Origin: a virus
Virus record (IMG/VR): IMGVR_UViG_3300013947_000013
Span: 1 to 36,337 of that record
Direction: 5' to 3' (one strand)
DNA: 36,337 nt
The translations under genes were made by a program, and so were the position numbers. Positions 34,701-36,337 of this stretch are shown one piece after another; position 1 is the first letter of the stretch; the number at the start of each line of letters is the position of its first letter. The notes beneath the pieces were generated by a model that did no database searches, was not told where the DNA came from, and saw nothing but the letters and a program-made list of their open reading frames with translations.

Positions 34701-36337
34701 ATTCAACATAGAATACAAAAAATTGAAAAGTTTACACAAGGAACTACTTCTGCTATTGGATTTGAAAATTATCAAAATAACTTTGGTGAAAAAGAAGCAA
34801 GAGATACATCAAATAGAAGAAAAATGAACTATGAAACTAGACTCAAAACACCACCTATATCTTCGTTAACTGATAATATAATTGACAAAAACAAAAACAA
34901 ATGGTATTCTTTAAATGAGGTTGAACAAGATGCTCAAGAAAATAATACAATTTCTTCGCAAAATGTATCTGAAAATATTTATAGCAGAGGAAAATTGGGA
35001 AGAAATACCAAAGGACAAGAACTAGAAAATAGTTCTTTTTCTTTCGATAATAAAGGCAGAAAATTATCAAAAGGGCAACAAGAATACTTTAAAGATAGTA
35101 AGGCTAGAGATGAAAATGGAAATTTAAAGGTTTTATATCATGGCACACCAAACGATTTTACTAAATTTAGCTATGATAAATTAGGAACAAATGGAACTTT
35201 GTTAGGTAAAGGATTTTATTTAACTGATGATATTAATGTTGCCAAAGCCTATGCTAGTAAAGGCGAAAAAGGGAAGGTAATGGAATTGTACGCTGACATT
35301 AAAAAGCCTTTAAAATGGGGAGAAAAATCTATTTCTAAACAACAATATAAATCTTTTGTAGAATCAATAAATGAAATTACAAATGGTACGTTGTTTGCTG
35401 ATTACAGTGGTGAATATAGTGAAAAAGGAAGCACACAATATAATTCTACACTGAATGACATATTGATGGATTATGAATATGGTGGAGATGATATTGATTT
35501 AGTATCTGGAATATTAAATACAACTGGTATGTCTTGGAATAAGGGATACAAGATTTTAAAAGATACAACAGGTTATGATGGAATAATAGTTACAACTGAT
35601 GTTTACGATAGTGGTGAAGGTAATGTATATATACCATTTCAAAGTAATCAAATAAAAAATGTGGATAACACTAATCCAACTTCAAATGAAGACATAAGAT
35701 ATTCTCAAAACACTAAAGAATGGAATGAATATTTAAAAGAGAATTTTCCATCAGCAGGAACAAAAACTAAAATGTCTGATATTAAGTTACCTGTTAGGGA
35801 AGATATAGAAAGTAGTTCTAAAAAGAGCAAGATTTTAAATCCAAATGAAATATCAAAATTAACTAAAGAAGATGCCAACACTACACCAATATTACCTAAA
35901 AGAGGAAGTGCAAATAAAGTTAATGATGGCAATAGCCATTTTGCTAAAAACATTAAAGATAAAGTTAATATGCTAAATGTAGAACAAAAGGCTGAAATAC
36001 TTTCAAAAGAAGATGTTAGATATTATGATAAAGTAACTAATAAAGAAAGTTTGGAAAAAGCTTTCAAAAAAATAAATGATGGTGGCAGTTCAGAAACATT
36101 AAGATGGGTAAAACAAGATAGTAAGAATGCAAATGCTACAGATGTAGCAGAAGGCTGGATTTTACTAAAACAATATGCTGATAATGGTGATTATGATAGT
36201 ATGGTAGAAGTTGCTAAAAAAATGAGAGAAATTGGAACAACTGCTGGTCAAACAGTACAGGCATTTAATATTATGGAAAGAATGACACCTGAAGGTATGG
36301 TAAAATATGCTCAATCTGAATTATCTGAAGCTTATGA
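31719..36337 (+). CDS. Giant polyvalent virion protein, N-terminal 1,514 codons plus overlap (ORF open at the window edge; continues at position 1)
   Basis: ATG 31719 follows SD AAGGTGGTG (31705-31713). I read every codon to 36337 and found no stop. HEITH at 33891-33905; HEIQH at 34695-34709; ART-like YHGT...GKGFYLT...GYDGIIV...GEGNVYIPFQSNQIKNV...DIRYS at about 35040-35705. The ORF is not in the supplied track because it has no stop inside the window. Confidence 0.9.
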   Translation, partial: MSSIRERLLGKSKRNSSIRDRLELNSSYYKQEYNDQLSKRNNIQKDIQKNTYEKGVQTTVTPFSTQRNILPIQEQTEITKNKRFEVTAGQDKLGQNKSIENKYQEIKKSNEYKNQMKQLEEQSNEVGYAKYNYDKQRIAEDDIGWYDKSIGRLTGGIGSLFDYNGGLIKNENGDLEYLPTFNQMKHQKVKENYKTGIGRFVGDVLYESGKIAGSTLINQALPGVGSTMYFGKMFVDSTNQAVSDGYDTSSATMYGLVNVGLEYGVGKMLGSATKGLTGGKTSEYEKLLKETFTNITKKPKIANILANAGSEATEEFVQEYLDNISKLLILDKNTNIKDYASVFLDGGVLSDALYSAAIGGVTGGIIGTATGKDTNVENKDVNLYKTFKEELEETKKNTTNKETINKIDTIISNINSNINNNSNVNTNVDTITSQISEYETLKEQNKLTNEQEIELNELKNQLSAIQNQNTDTSTSIKEEANLPTVQDIVNQEKSRQSGLNLPVYNQQSNVNNSDKVILPTVNDFNSSSINIPTSDIKVDMAKINPEILNDIKGFKLGDPSIESYKGSYIKTMLNEVGIKVPTAMNYVSEVRPDMSFTTTKDLTRQQYASIGNALQKLRSVDVTSVNNANYSIPIGNYQYVKSSNANINELRRTASMYLNNTARSNNTIKLLENIIKDRNYIIRFNPNITNEQGVPVNGLITKENGKTIIELNPNADNYVEFLVVHEITHDIATKEMKELILDYAKQDPEFEKSLESLKERYKTNDVSDEVVADVCGELFGNREFIQSVVEKKPNIFKKILNNIRKLAEKIKGTGANEYVSFVEKLKTMWEDAYYSNKSNLKKTEYMMTGIKGARNAIKNDSYNQFLNDNYNKALIYKKNNIENEQIRRRTGWFQDSKGDWKFELSDDEAKIIKKLEKNNTYQLNEILNHNDLYEMYPNLKNNKVKFTDFGIRTDEDGKKYIKKGRINNITNTISLNNELISKGNDAVLDTLIHEIQHRIQKIEKFTQGTTSAIGFENYQNNFGEKEARDTSNRRKMNYETRLKTPPISSLTDNIIDKNKNKWYSLNEVEQDAQENNTISSQNVSENIYSRGKLGRNTKGQELENSSFSFDNKGRKLSKGQQEYFKDSKARDENGNLKVLYHGTPNDFTKFSYDKLGTNGTLLGKGFYLTDDINVAKAYASKGEKGKVMELYADIKKPLKWGEKSISKQQYKSFVESINEITNGTLFADYSGEYSEKGSTQYNSTLNDILMDYEYGGDDIDLVSGILNTTGMSWNKGYKILKDTTGYDGIIVTTDVYDSGEGNVYIPFQSNQIKNVDNTNPTSNEDIRYSQNTKEWNEYLKENFPSAGTKTKMSDIKLPVREDIESSSKKSKILNPNEISKLTKEDANTTPILPKRGSANKVNDGNSHFAKNIKDKVNMLNVEQKAEILSKEDVRYYDKVTNKESLEKAFKKINDGGSSETLRWVKQDSKNANATDVAEGWILLKQYADNGDYDSMVEVAKKMREIGTTAGQTVQAFNIMERMTPEGMVKYAQSELSEAY
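36261..36337 (+). repeat. Right copy of the 77-bp terminal overlap (identical to 1..77)
   Basis: Same as above. The overlap lies inside a coding frame, so it is a linearisation artefact rather than a biological terminal repeat. Confidence 0.95.

Larger units (their letters stand above)
1..36337. mobile_element. Complete temperate phage genome, circularly permuted (unit 36,260 bp plus 77-bp overlap)
   Basis: Full set of phage modules is present: integrase/attP, repressor switch, replication, terminase, portal, capsid, tail fibres, lysis. The two ends are identical over 77 bp and one reading frame continues across the junction. Confidence 0.9.

Noticed and set aside
32732-35953. Minus-strand ORFs 32732..32944, 34855..35070 and 35705..35953, the only track entries in this 4.6-kb stretch
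   Set aside because: These are shadow ORFs antisense to the uninterrupted + frame. They have no SD sequences, their composition is low-complexity hydrophobic, and the + frame has clear domain motifs.

Overview
This window is a complete, circularly permuted genome of a very AT-rich temperate phage. The unit length is 36,260 bp. Positions 1-77 are an exact copy of 36261-36337, which looks like an assembly overlap across the circle junction.

Module order on the + strand:
- Tail fibre / receptor-binding genes (2550-6619).
- Holins plus an M23/CW_7-type endolysin (6639-7921).
- A small accessory (moron) region (7970-9119).
- attP, which carries the 3' half of a tRNA-Asn and is flanked by phased arm repeats (9181-9420).
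- A leftward lysogeny block: tyrosine integrase, a small membrane protein and an XRE-type repressor (9436-11643).
- A three-operator switch (11665-11814).
- Early, recombination and replication genes with an iteron origin (11830-21000).
- A late regulator (21032-21478).
- Terminase, portal, scaffold and capsid (21971-27854).
- A tRNA-Gln (27881-27955).
- Adaptor-, nozzle- and internal-protein-like genes (27972-31706).

No tail tube, sheath or tape-measure gene is visible. The order resembles a podovirus (T7-like order).

The key point is that the supplied ORF track misses the largest gene. An uninterrupted + frame starts at ATG 31719, runs off the right edge, and continues through the junction into the ORF listed as 13..2553. 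That makes one gene of about 7.1 kb (2,364 codons), roughly a fifth of the genome. It carries two HExxH zincin motifs and an ADP-ribosyltransferase-like module typical of phage 'polyvalent' proteins.

The second notable item is a compact promoter, three-hairpin, terminator cassette between int and the repressor operon (10526-10655). Its enclosed 15-mer is perfectly complementary to the early mRNA just upstream of the ribosome-binding site of the gene at 12070.

All family assignments come from motif recognition by eye. No searches were run.
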